This document shows positions 50,628 to 62,593 of a stretch of DNA of 64,000 bases, in pieces. The DNA comes from Zygnema circumcarinatum SAG 698-1b. Lineage: Eukaryota; Plantae; Zygnematophyceae. The notes below the pieces were generated by a model. That model saw only the letters and a program-made list of their open reading frames with translations. It was not told the DNA's origin and searched no databases. Position 1 is the stretch's first letter. The number at the start of each line of letters is the position of its first letter. The stretch lies in contig CM074808.1 in assembly GCA_037447605.1 (NCBI GenBank), positions 2,046,001-2,110,000 on the forward strand. The letters run 5' to 3'. The translations under genes and the position numbers were made by a program.

Positions 50628-51112
50628 CAAAGGGAGAATGATATATTGAACTCACGATGGCAAAGCCATCAAACGTACAGGAATGAAATCAACATCGGGA
50701 ACCAAAGGGAGCGATCACAATGGACTAAAGGTAAAAGAAAAAGCTTCTGAACGGATGTCTACTCCTAGGCCCAACAACACGGCACTAGAAGCAGCCGCGA
50801 AGGTTGCCAAGATGTGGCGCAGCACACGCGTAGGAAGGGGCGGGAGACCACCGGGACGAGCACCAACAACCGCTGCACGCCGGAGGATGGTGGAAGTAAG
50901 GCAACGCTGCAAAGCGATAGAAATGCGCTGTCGATAAAAAGCCGCGAGGATCGCAGGGGGTGGGCTTCCGGGGCCGTGCATCTCAAAGGAGCGATGGGCG
51001 CACTGGCGAAGGAAAACATCCAACCGAGCATCGAGGCAGCCAAAAATCTCGACCGCCAATGGAACAAACTCATCGGCCGAGTCGCGGTGAGCATACAAAA
51101 TCTGCCACACTT
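50628..51112 (-). mobile_element. 5'-truncated non-LTR retrotransposon with restriction-like endonuclease C-terminus (CRE-like), copy D, 10-bp TSD
   Basis: ORF 50715..51110 reads LYAHRDSADEFVPLAVEIFGCLD...FYRQRISIALQR, the FxPxxxExxG and QRxSxALQR motifs of RLE-type LINE C-termini. A direct repeat CAAAGGAAGT lies at 50618-50627 and 51113-51122. Confidence 0.8.
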
Positions 51113-51707
51113 CAAAGGAAGTGTGGCAGTTGCACTCAAAAACCCGAAAATGGGTTTTTAAAGTCTGTCAGTTTTAATTCCCGCCATTTCCGACTGCCGT
51201 CCGCGGACTCCACTTTTTTCGCGTCTCGTTTCGTCACGTCACGGTCTAAACATACTTGTCACGTCATGTTACCGCGACCAATCACGTCGCTCCACGTGTT
51301 ACGCCCTAATACCTTGTAGACGCGCGCGCTTCGTACATTCAAATCACCATCCGTACACTTGACGAAAAAAGGTCTGTATCTATTCTGAAAAGTATGAAAC
51401 AGCATTTTTCGCTAAAAAATCCTCTGTAAAAGCTGCCTGACTGTTTCCAGAGAAAAGAACACTGTAAATTGAACTTTCCTAAATCTTTCACTGACCCAGT
51501 AAATACGTCATGAATGACGCCATCCATGATGTCAAAGAAGCTTCGAGGAAGCCCCAGTCCAGCTTCAGCGCAGGAGCCCCCTCAGCGGCCGCCATGGCGG
51601 CCCCTCCATTGCTGCCTACAAAGAGGCAGAGAGGAAGGGAAGGCGTGGGGTAAAGCAGATGATGTTGCGATTTTAGGGCTCACGACTCGTTCTGGGTGAG
51701 TGCGACA

Positions 51708-52899
51708 ATGGCCGCCGAGGCAGCAGGTGTGGAGGCGTCGCTGTTGAGGGAGGAGGAGGGCGCAGGCCAAGGGAGGGCGTTCAAGGATCGCTTCATTTCC
51801 AACTTCTTTGACGGGGCGGACAAGTTCGCGATCATCAAGGCCATGGCCCCCATGGAGGCAAGCTTTACCTCGTTGCTTGTTCGTCCCTTCCTTTCCCGCG
51901 GCTACCACGTGTAGCCCAATCACCATTTGATGCCTCGGCAATTTTCCTCCTATCAACAGCCCCTTTACTATCTCTGCCGGGTGTCAGCAGGTGTTCCTGG
52001 GTGTTGGAGCCCTAACGGCGGTCTTTTTGCCAAAGGTGTGGGCGGGCACCCTGGCGGCGCTGCTCCTTGTCCCGCCCATTGCCCGCGTAGCTCTCCGTTC
52101 CGTGGGCGTTCTGCGCAATCCTCACATGGATCGCGTTGTTCCGGGACGCGTCACAGCGAAGCTGGAGGGCGACTTCTGTGTGCTGCTCATCGGCGCTCGG
52201 AACAACGCGCCATGGAAGCTGACAAAGAAGTTCAATGAGATCGGAACCGCATTCGGAAACATGTTCAGGTCAGCCACCGCAACATTACATTTTACCGATC
52301 TCATTTTTGCAGCTTCGTTAGGGGGCTTTCTTGAGCAGGGAGAACGAGTTCCGCATTGCCTAAACTGGGGGTTCTCTTCTGCCAGGGAGCTCGAGAGCTT
52401 GCCAATAGAGAGCACTGGATACCTGGGAGCGGAGCAATACTCCTCAAGCAACTGGCAGCGCAGCTCACATGTGATGGCAGTCATGTACTGGCGGTCGTAT
52501 GACCATCTCCTTAAGTTCGCGCACTCTCCAAGCATGAAGCACCTCGCAGGTAAAACCTCCCTCCCTGTCTTGGACCTGCCCGCCTATCTTTTCTGAACCA
52601 CTGCACTACTTTGTTGTGTCGAGGATGCTCCTGCTGAAGAGCACCGCCTTTCGCTCATCCTCTTGTGGAGCGCATGCATGCATGCGTGCATGTCTGCGCT
52701 CACTGCAGCGTGGCAGGCTTCGGAGAAGGAGACGAAGGCGTCCAGCGACATCGCCTTATGGCACGAGGCGTACCCTGTGCGGGACGGGAAGTACGACGCC
52801 ATCTATGTGAACTGCCCCCCTTTGGGCCTCGCCATGGCCGGCGAGCTGCAGCCCTGCACGGGCCGCCTGCGCACCTCGCGCGGCCGCAGCGGGTGCTGA
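51708..52899 (+). CDS. DUF4188 / monooxygenase af470-like protein with N-terminal membrane anchor
   Basis: Exons 51708-51857, 51991-52268, 52386-52549, 52709-52899 splice in phase. Motifs: GRVTAKLEGDFCVLLIGARNN, MFRELES...GYLG, MYWRSYDHLLKFAH...HLAAW, IALWHEAYPV...YDAIYVNCPPLGL. Confidence 0.82.
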
Positions 52900-53708
52900 G
52901 GGGAGCGGGAGGAGGGCTGCAGGCACCTGCCTATTCTGTGTCCTTGTTCCGTTAGGGGTCACGGAAGCCTGCCCTGTATACGCACTGATCTTATTCTCGC
53001 CTCCAATTTTTCGTTCGTCCACGAGGCCATGAAAGGGTCCTTCCCCCTCTGGACGAGCAGCAGCAGCTAAAGCAGCAGCAACACTTCTAGGAGTACGGGA
53101 GGCGGCTTTGAGGCGGAGAGTTTTCCGAGTTAGGACAGGTTGTAAATAGTTTTTTTGTCCAAGTAAAACATGAAAGGACTCGAATTTACTAAAAAAAAAT
53201 CAATTTTATATTTTGGAGATAACTACGGCATGGTCTTGTAGTGCATTTTCTGCGATTTTTTTAAAAGCTTCAATGGACCAATGAGAGCCAAACACTTCTT
53301 TCAGATTCACAAGTGGAGCCGCCTCCCCTGATCTGGGTTGTCTTCACCTGCTACCGTACATCAGACAAGGCAGTTCCCCCAAACAAAATTCGCCAGCTTG
53401 AATTTCTCCAAGAGACGCGAAAAAGGTCTGGAGTGTTCAGAGTTTCCACCAATGCGAAGCCTGAGAAACCAGTCAGACATGACGCTCCCACTAAATCGCA
53501 GTAACAAGAACTGTATAAAGGAAAGAAAGAAAAGAAAAAGGCGACATAACATCGTCACCCATCCCCCCTTGAGATGCCCCAAAGGACAACACAGTCAACT
53601 TCCGTCTCCAAACGAATAGGTTTCACGATGTTACATCTCATAGTAGAGAGGCACCCTTCCCCCCCCCCCCCCCCCCCCCCCCNNNNNNNNNNCCCCCCCC
53701 CCCCCCCC

Positions 53709-56700
53709 TCAGCCCAGGGCGGCGGCGAGGCGGCGAGCCACCGCCAGCCCCGCCCTCATCCCGTCCACGGCGGCGCTGACGATCCCTCCCGCGTAGCCGG
53801 CTCCCTCCCCCACAGGGACGAGGCCCGCCATTGAGACCGACTCAAAGGTCTCCTTGCAGCGCTCAATGCGCACAGGAGAGCTTGTTCTCGTCTGCACAAT
53901 CCCCCTCATCCTCTGGGTCATCATGAATAATGTTTTTTACTTTCGTTTCCTGAGAAAAGATGCATCTTGTGGGTTATCACGGGGCATATTAGACATGGGC
54001 TGCTCGCATTCCTGCTCATTCGTGCATTTCTTACTGCGAGCAATCCATCACCCCCTGGTTGCTTGAGGGCTGCAGGCTCACCTCAACTCCATGAAGCAGC
54101 GCGTCACTGCAGACGAATCCAGGCATCTGCATCCACAGAGCTCCCATTCGTTCTTGAAATTCCGGCCATAGTCTTCAAGAGAACTTCCCTGAAAGCCTTT
54201 GACGTAATCCATTTTGAGCGTCACACTATGAAAGTTGTGTTTTGAGATTCATTTTCCCCATATGCTAATACTGTACAGTACGTTAGGAGTTCACAAATCC
54301 CCTAGTCACATCAAGAATAGCCAACTCCCACGACGTCCCTTCTCTCGCATAAGCCCATCCTTCCTATATTCCTCCCACTTTCTCTCCTCCCAGAAAAAAA
54401 AAAAAAAGGGAGAGAGGGAAACAGACGAGAGAGAGAAGTAGAATGGAAGAAGAATGCTGCGAGTTTCCATTTCGTTTCCAGGTTTCCTCATTTCACCAAT
54501 GCTATTGCAGACTTGTCCTTTCGTCACTTTACCTGCCTGTCAAAGGCCAGAAGGGCCTTTTTGAGAGCAGTACTAATTCCAGGTGGATAAAGGTCATCCA
54601 GGCGCGCTGAGCGAACTCCAAGACGATAACTGGAAGCAGGTAAGGGTTCTTCTGCATAAGCCCCTCCATTAATGACCATGAACGTCCAGGCTTTCAGCAA
54701 TGCAGCCTCCTAAACTGTTGTTCGCTTACGCATATCAGTAAATATCACAGCTGAGTAAAAGCAGCGGTAATAAAAGTTTTCCACAGAATGAAAACTAGAT
54801 GAATAAACAAAACCCTTACCTGAAAGCCGCCCATCAAGAAAATCAGTAACCCGCTGAACGGGCACCACAAAAGCTCCTCCACCCCTCACGGCTGCCTCTC
54901 GCTCTATGGTTCTCTGCACCACACTATTGGCACACCTCAGACCCTCGAGCACTGTATCAGGTGGCCGCACCTACGGGGCTGCATCTACTCTAAGCTACTT
55001 GCTGCCCTTTGCCCAAAATGGTTTGCTGAACTGGGAGGCCCAATCATGCAGTAACAAGTTCATCACTGTATACTAAGGCACAGGGGAAGGACTGCATGTG
55101 AATAATCTCCTCCGTGGCTTTGCAGAATATCAAACTAAAGGAAATGCCCCAACTACGCTACCTGAAATGCCACTCCTGCGAGTGCGCCATGCTCCATGTA
55201 GGGCGCAAAATCTGCTGCTGAGACGGTTGCCACAAGTGCTGCATTCGCCCATTTAGAAGACCGCCTTGAAAAGGACATTCCGTTTATACAAAGCTCGTTT
55301 TCATCAGTACTCGTCGACACGACCTGCACCACAGTCACCCGCACACCGTAAACAATGAAGGTTACAGGAAACTTGCTTGAGCACTCATGGCAAGTCAAAT
55401 GGAAGAATGCTAGAGAACAAAATCGCTATGACGCTGGCAAGTCACATGCAGGGAGCCATAAGTACTCTTTGATGCTTGGAAAATCAGATTCTGCATTACA
55501 TACCTGGCCACCCGGGCACATGCAAAAGGAATAACAACCATGTCGATCCATGCCTTCGCCTTCAATATTAACTGCAAGGCTGTAATCTGCAACTGGTATT
55601 TTTCCTTTCCCGTTCTCCACAGCAGATGCCCACTCCCCATACTGCCATATCCCACGCAGAGGCAGGCATAAGGGGATTTCAAGGATTAGGTGACGAAAGT
55701 GGAACAGCAACTGTGAAGATTGGACCCATCACGATATAGCATTTGCAAACATGCATAATAGAACCCACCTGGATGTTGTTAATGAGTTCCTGAGGATGCT
55801 CCACCCTGAAGCCCACCTGCAATCCCAGGAAAAAAAATTCGGAAAGATTTCATGGCATTGGTTAGCTGGGGGCTATGTGTTGTGGGGCTATGTTGTTTAT
55901 GAACATAGCATTCTCATTCCGGGATATGAAAGTATGGCATGGACGCTGAATTATGAAGTGGCTCCTATTCGAAGTGAGATGTGGCTTTCAACTTGACTTT
56001 TGGCACACACGACGCTGTATCCCCCTGACAATTTTTGACCGGCTAGGAACAAGAACCGAACTCGAGACCACTATGAAGCACTGACCGCAAAATCTTTTAT
56101 GCTCATTTCCACCCCATGCCGTTGGAGGACTGCGTACACGTCTCGAGCAGAATGCCCCACTGCCAGGACAACACTGTCCGCCCTCATCACTCCAGTTTGT
56201 CCAAGACGGTGATCGTGACGGCCGGTAGGGGACGTGCTGGGTTTAGTAAAGAGGGAGGAGACCGCCGCCACTCTGACTCCAACGAGCCGCCCATTCTGCA
56301 TTTCCAGATCCTCCATAACTGTTCCAAAATGGATTTCAACCTGGAATAAACACATGCAAGCGATAACAGCAACAGGTTTATATCCTGATGATCCGCGGAA
56401 GTAACAAAAAACAGTGAGAACTCCTGCTTTCAATAAGGTCAGCAATAGCCCAGCTAGCAGTGGACAGAAAAACCTAGCCCCTTGACTGAGATCCCCAAGG
56501 CTTCCGTTCTTCACCAATAAACTTGTCACACTAGATCTGTCTTTCCTCCTCACATCCACAAAAACCACGTAGGCAACCTCCAAGAATCCCGTCTCCCATC
56601 CCATACTCAACCAAGCACTTACAATGCTGGTTATCTGTTTGAAAAACACATCTTAACCAAGTAACTCTCACAGCCTATGTGCAAAACATCAAGAAGCATC

Positions 56701-59290
56701 TTGAAATTGCTCGTATGTGTTATCGTTTCGGAGAATGGTGCCTAGAACAAAACAAAACTTGATTTTGACACCAAAAAATCTGTACTCACGAAACCCCAGC
56801 CAAGCCTACATTATGCGGAGGCCCTCACCCCTAACTGCAGGAGATGGTTGCGGAAGTTCTGTAGAATGCGAACAAGGCGATCAGTTCCGAGGTGGGGCTT
56901 GCCATCCACACAAATACGCTCGGGCGCCCCAAAGTGCACCAAGGCTCGCAAAACCTGCAGGCCCGTGACTAACAGAGAAGTTGATAGAGGGGAAAACATC
57001 GACTTTTCTTTATCTGAGGTCCACTTCGCTTTCCCTTATCCGTTGCCGACTCACACCTATTCACTCGTTTCTCTTGAGCTATGACAGTACTAACTTAACA
57101 GATAATGGAGCAGCTATTATTTTAGTAGCAGTTCTGGTAAAGCAAGGCATCTGTTCAAGACGACATCCCATTTGTCCTTCGTATAAAAAGACTTCCACTT
57201 ACCGCCTGCACTTCCGAGCTGTTCTTCCCAATACGCGTGGTTAACTTGCCATCACTCCAAGTGCCTGCTCCCCCCTGAGCCTCCCTCTTTGCCTCACCAA
57301 TCACTAAGTGTAAATGCATGTCGCTACGAATCACGCAGGAGCGACCACACAAGAATCATCACCGGCTATGAAGCAGAGTTGACTATACTCTTCTTGAACA
57401 TTCCATCCGAAATCTCAGAACACTTGCTATCCAGCATTGCGATAAAATTCCGATTATCCCCAAACACCATTAAACGATGGTTAAGTAACTTATCTCACAC
57501 TTAGCCCACTATAAATTTGTACTGTTGAGAAAACGTGAGTAAAACAGTCCTTACATCACACGTTGTGCTGCAACTCTAGGAATACTCTACAACCGGTTGC
57601 CCTGTTCAAGAAACCTGCGTGTTGGGGAGGAAAGAGAAGTGCTTGCCTCTCCATAACAAAAGTTGCTGTTGGCATCCATCTGCCGCCTAACAACAAAGGC
57701 TCCTATATCTCGTCCTCTCACTTCCACTGGCTGGCCCCTCTCCAACAGCACCACCTTGTGCCCACTCTCAGAGAGTACAAGAGCTGCAAAAAGACCTGCA
57801 GGTCCACTTCCCACAACAACAACCTTCTTCTTCATTCTTCCAGCTGCCGCGGCCGTATTCCCTGTCGAATCTCCCGCTGGGTGAAAAGGATCAAATTTGT
57901 TCACCTCGAGGCTACTTCTATCTGTGTCTTCTACGGGGTCCCTCTTTTCATTGAGAATGCTATCCGTCGATGACCAGTGCTTTGTTGAGTCCCCGAGAGT
58001 GTTGGCCTCACTGTTGGGAGCACGCCTTGAAGCCTGAACATCCTCTTCAGCGTTTCCGCCAGCTGAAAGAGGAGAGGCCGTGAAAGTAGCAGAATGTAGG
58101 CCCATAACGGCATTGAGAGCATTGTCTTGAACACTTGGGACACGAGAGGCACGCTGCGGAAGACGAAAGAGCTTTGCAGAAGAAGCATTTGCTGCAGTCA
58201 GTGCTGCACGGATTTCCTTTTCTTCCACATCTACTGCATACACGAACTTCGGGTCCTGCGATCGAGGAATGGGAAACAAATCCTCGTCTTTCAGCTTCAC
58301 GGCCTCTGACGTGGAACAATGTACATGAAAAGCAAGTCTCCTATAAAGAAGTACACCTGCAGAATATAATAGGGAAAACATATCATATATCTGACTAGGT
58401 ACAATTGATTGCCCTACATTAAAAACGGGCCATCCTTGCTTCGTCTTAACGGTAATCGCTTGGGTAGTCTTCACTGTTGGGATGTCTCACCTTTCGGGCA
58501 TCAAATGACTTTCGAAGAACCTTGATTGCAGTGGGGGATAACTGATGTTGCTGCCCCCCAGCCCAGAACTTAAACCTTTTTAGCAAGATTGAAAAGATAG
58601 GACCGCGACAAGGTAATAATGAGGTTTCCGCGGTATAATCTACGGAAGGTTATATTGTTTCGGCAACGTAAGTACCTGACAGCCCAACCGAGTCGCTACC
58701 GCCTCATGCAACACTTCATGGAGCGAAAAGAAGTCTTTGCCAGGATCAGCTGAGACAGGCACTTCAATGTTGAACAGGCGCCAGCACATCTCAACATCAG
58801 AGGTTGCTGCTGCCTCGCTTGCAAATTCTGCATTTTTCTCATCTCGAAAGGTAGGACTTCTGTTGGGCACTGAGAGACGAGAAGGTTTAGAATCCAAGTC
58901 TCTTTTACTCCGCTTACTCCTTAAATTGCCCCTCCTCTCTGTTACAGAAACGTTATCTTTCCCTTTCTGATCACCAGTCCATTCCCTTGATGCGAATTCT
59001 TCCCTACTGCTCGTTCTATTGCGCTGGCTCTTTGCTGGAGCTTGCTCCGAAGTGATTTCTCGTCTACCTCTGCCACTGCAAGCTCTCACTCTTCCATTCC
59101 GGAGCCGCTTTGCGATTTGAGAGGAAAATCCGTTACACGACGCAAGCTTAATTGCCAATTTTCGTTCATTACATGCCGAGTTCCAAAAGGCATTCAAATC
59201 CTTGAGCCCCAGACTATTGCTTGCAGGTGCGAGAGGACAACAGGGGTAGCTTAAACCTGCGCTAGCAGTTCCCATGAGCGACATCTCCAT
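53709..59290 (-). CDS. Plastid-targeted FAD/NAD(P)-dependent oxidoreductase (At4g30720-like, bacterial COG2509-type), multi-exon
   Basis: Transit-peptide-like N-terminal exon (58676-59290). Motifs: VVVVGSGPAGLFAA, LLERG, FCYGE|GGAGTWSDGKLTTRIG, GKPHLGTDRL, VVLAVGHSARD, YSFCMCPGGQ, NGMSFSRRSSKWANAAL, QTRTSSPVRIER, GEGAGYAGGIVSAAVDG. Stop at 53709-53711, just inside a poly-C/N-gap region. Confidence 0.9.
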
Positions 59291-59826
59291 AGCAACACCT
59301 CAAAACTCAGAACATTAAATGTAGGTTTGTGCATTGCATGCTTTCGCACAAAGAGAATTGAAGGTTTGGCTCCGCAAATGGCCTATACCATTACAGCTCG
59401 TCCATATGAGTGCTCCATTACAGGGAGACGGGAGTCAGTCTCAAGGCGATCATCGAGGGCTCCGCAGCCTCTCACTCGGGGACCAACTCAATTCCCGAAA
59501 TTCGGAAATCTCGATTCGAATTCCGAAATCTGAACGGAACTGCTGAAAAAGCAGCAGCTCCGAACTCGCGGAAGCCGAATTCTACGAATTTCTGAATTTT
59601 TACAGTACGGTACCGTACAAACTTTGGAATTCAGAAGTCCCATTTTACGGATTTGCTCCGAGCAGTGAACCCCCACAGAGACGAGAGAGGGCTCCCCTTC
59701 CTGCCTCCGTTCCAGGCCCAGGCCCAGGCCTGCATCAAGTTTACCCCCCCAGACTGGATACTTACGGCAAGATGTGCTCCACAGTGGGTAACAACTGAGA
59801 GGTTGCGGGATAGTGAGGATTCAGCC

Positions 59827-61326
59827 ATGTCGCACAATCCCAGCCATCTTATGCCAACAGGTTTGTGGTGATGAAGACACTGACCTTTGTGCGAGTTATT
59901 CTTCATTCATGCTGAAAGTCTCAATTTGTTTGCTTTGTTCATCTATTGCGAGCAGACGTTGCTACTGAGGCGCAATTTCGTGTTTATTATTGACATCAAT
60001 CATATTGGTGTCTGTTTCTTGTGCAACAGAGCTCATTGACAGATGTATTGGATCAAAAATCTGGGTGATCATGAAGGGAGACAAGGAGCTAGTGGGCATA
60101 TTGCGTGGCTTTGACGTTTACGTGAATATGGTTCTTGAAGACGTCACTGAGTAGTGAGTGCACGCTGTCGTCCTTGAAAAAGGCATCGCATGCCAATATA
60201 TATGACTGAAGGGTTTAGCCCAGAAATTCGGCTGGCTTAGGATGTTTACTAGTGTTTAGAGTAGCTGAGGATGCAATGCTTGGCAAATGCTTGTAGCATT
60301 GCACGACCAACATCGAATTCCAAAAAAAAAAAAATCTCACAATCACCCCTATGCCGTAGGAAGCAAAACTGAATGACCTGCTTGGGCCCTAAGCAGGTCC
60401 GGACCACCAGAATTGGAAAACCGCCGAGTTATGTCAGGAAGCTTTGCAGAACTATATGTCTACTGAAGTGCCCGAGGCACAAATGAACCTAACTATACAG
60501 GGCTATTCTTTAACCGCAACCAGTCATCAGTGCCCTCCCGTGGCCATAACTTCCTCCATTCCAAAGCCTTCTTATTCCCTAAGCGTGGAAGAGAAGGGTT
60601 TGATGCTTTTGACTCTCCTCCTCTTAGCCACATTCTTCAATTTTTTAAAATGCTAGTCCATTTAGGCGTTTGTTGTTTTCAGTTAATGATCTTTTAGGAA
60701 TCTTGAAGTGCTGACAATATTCACTTCTCTCCTTATTCTTTCTTCTTATATTTCTTTATGGCTCTTCGTAGCAAGATCAAGAAGAAACAGGCATGTTGGG
60801 GTGCAGTGAATATACCCCGGAGGGTAGTCGAGTCACCAAGTTGGATCGAATCCTGCTTAACGGCAACAACATAGCAATTGTAGGTCTCTTTTCCCCTTTA
60901 AGTCTCGTTGTTTCTTCTCTTTTCAAGTTATCCGCTGGCGTGACACACGGTCCGGAGGTCCTCTTGAACTTACAGGAATCTGAAGCTGCAGTGCTCATTG
61001 TTAGTCAACTTTTTCTTTCACCCTCCTTTTCCATTTATAGATTCGTCGTGTAAGCTTGCAAATTGTACTCAACTTCAAGTTTCGCTGTTGTCGTCGAGGT
61101 CCTGTGGCTGCTTCCACCTGCTTTAGAATGATGGAATGGCAGTCATTAAGACAGAACAAAGTCAAGTCAAGTCAAAGTCAGAGAAGTGGCATTGATCGTT
61201 GCTCATTCATGAGCTGATCGCCTCTCCTTTTGCCATTTTCATTGCTAATAACCGATTAAATCTCTATTTAACACTGATTACTATGCTTTTGTCTTCCAGC
61301 TGGTTCCTGGTGGTGGGCCCGAATAA
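59827..61326 (+). CDS. LSM5: U6 snRNA-associated Sm-like protein LSm5
   Basis: Exons 59827-59860, 60030-60153, 60807-60879, 61300-61326 give [85 protein letters not shown]. Confidence 0.96.
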
Positions 61327-62593
61327 CTGTAGAATTTCAACAGGCGGCTCTGGCATTGAGCCCTCATGCAACATCGAGTATTTCGAATATTGCTCTCCCG
61401 CAAATAGGTTAAGGCCATAGACGCTTCCTAGTTTGTAATCTTTAGGCTGATCAGGAACCGTGTATCTCTATATTTCATCTTCGTGTGGGCTGCAATTAGT
61501 AACCAGAGTTTGGAATCTTTTTTGGGCAGGTTCAGTGCTAGGTCTTCAGGTGGTTGTGGCACTCTCTTCGAATGACCTTCATAGGTTACAGCCAAGTTCA
61601 CAGGCCACGATCAAAACAACAGAATTGGAAATGTCTGGAATCACGCTAAGAGTGGCTGTGTAAGGAGCACCTTTTGTTGTCATCCTTACAGTTTTTCTGT
61701 CTCTTTGTTGTGCTCTACCTTGCCTACCAAGGTAGTTTGCTGATATCCCTGGCCTTAATCTAGTCGAAGCAGATTCCTTGTCCTGCAAAATCCTTCAATC
61801 ATCCATCAAGCGCATGTTCCGGGGTATACTCTTCTTTTTTTTAGCATTAGACTATGCAGTCGTTCCAGACGACGCAAGCACTGTAGCGCTGTAACTGTTA
61901 GCTGTTGTTGGCTGTCGCCTGGCCACTGGCGGCTTTGTTTCTGGTGATATCCGAATTTAGTATCAGATTAAACTGGCTCAATCTCATGCACATGAGACAT
62001 GGATACACCTTTCATAAACTTCATGGCTAGACAATGGTTTTGAGATTTGCTGGCCAAAACCACACAAACGCAATCATAGTTAGTACTTTCTTCGAGTCAA
62101 CTTCAGCCTCTTCACATCTTTCGCGAGTGCATGCTCTGAAATAAACCACATACCAAGCCATCCTATAAGCCAAGCAAGATGCGGGAGATAGGTCCCGAGA
62201 ACGCGAGGACAACACTTTTTTATGTTGCACCGACTTTTGGTACAGGAATGCGCATTGACTTTAGTGAGGTACCATGGGCACCTTGACTTTAGTAGGGTCC
62301 CATGTTCCATTGATCCTAACTATTAATTTCAACGAACTCGCGTCACATGACTCTAGTTCCGTTCCACGTTTAACAAGCCCTCATAGCCACAAGGGAAATA
62401 GTCTCTTGCGACGCGGGGCCGAACTGTGCGTCATGGAGCATGTAGGAGCAGGAGACATGGAGCAGGGAGCAAGAAAAGGAAGCGGAGAGGCCCTGGTGCC
62501 TGCTGGGAGGGAGAGGACGAGGGGCGGAAGGAGGCGGGAGGGAGCTAGGTATCAGCAAAGCGTGAGGCGCTGCAGGCGCTACTCCTTGGCAAC

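Larger units (their letters stand above)
49959..51479. mobile_element. Non-autonomous MULE (Mutator-like) element, 1521 bp, ~270-bp TIRs, 9-bp TSD
   Basis: 49959-50232 and 51218-51479 are imperfect inverted repeats starting GGAAA. They are flanked by TAAATCTTG (49950-58) and TAAATCTTT (51480-88), an 8/9 match. A transposase remnant lies inside. Confidence 0.88.

Noticed and set aside
53641-53708. Poly-Pro ORF / poly-C tract
   Set aside because: A homopolymer around a 10-N assembly gap in the convergent 3'UTR region; length unreliable.
59490-59635. Heat-shock elements in the GAA/TTC-rich tract
   Set aside because: Spacing is mostly GAA-N-TTC or TTC-GAA, not the canonical nGAAnnTTCn array.
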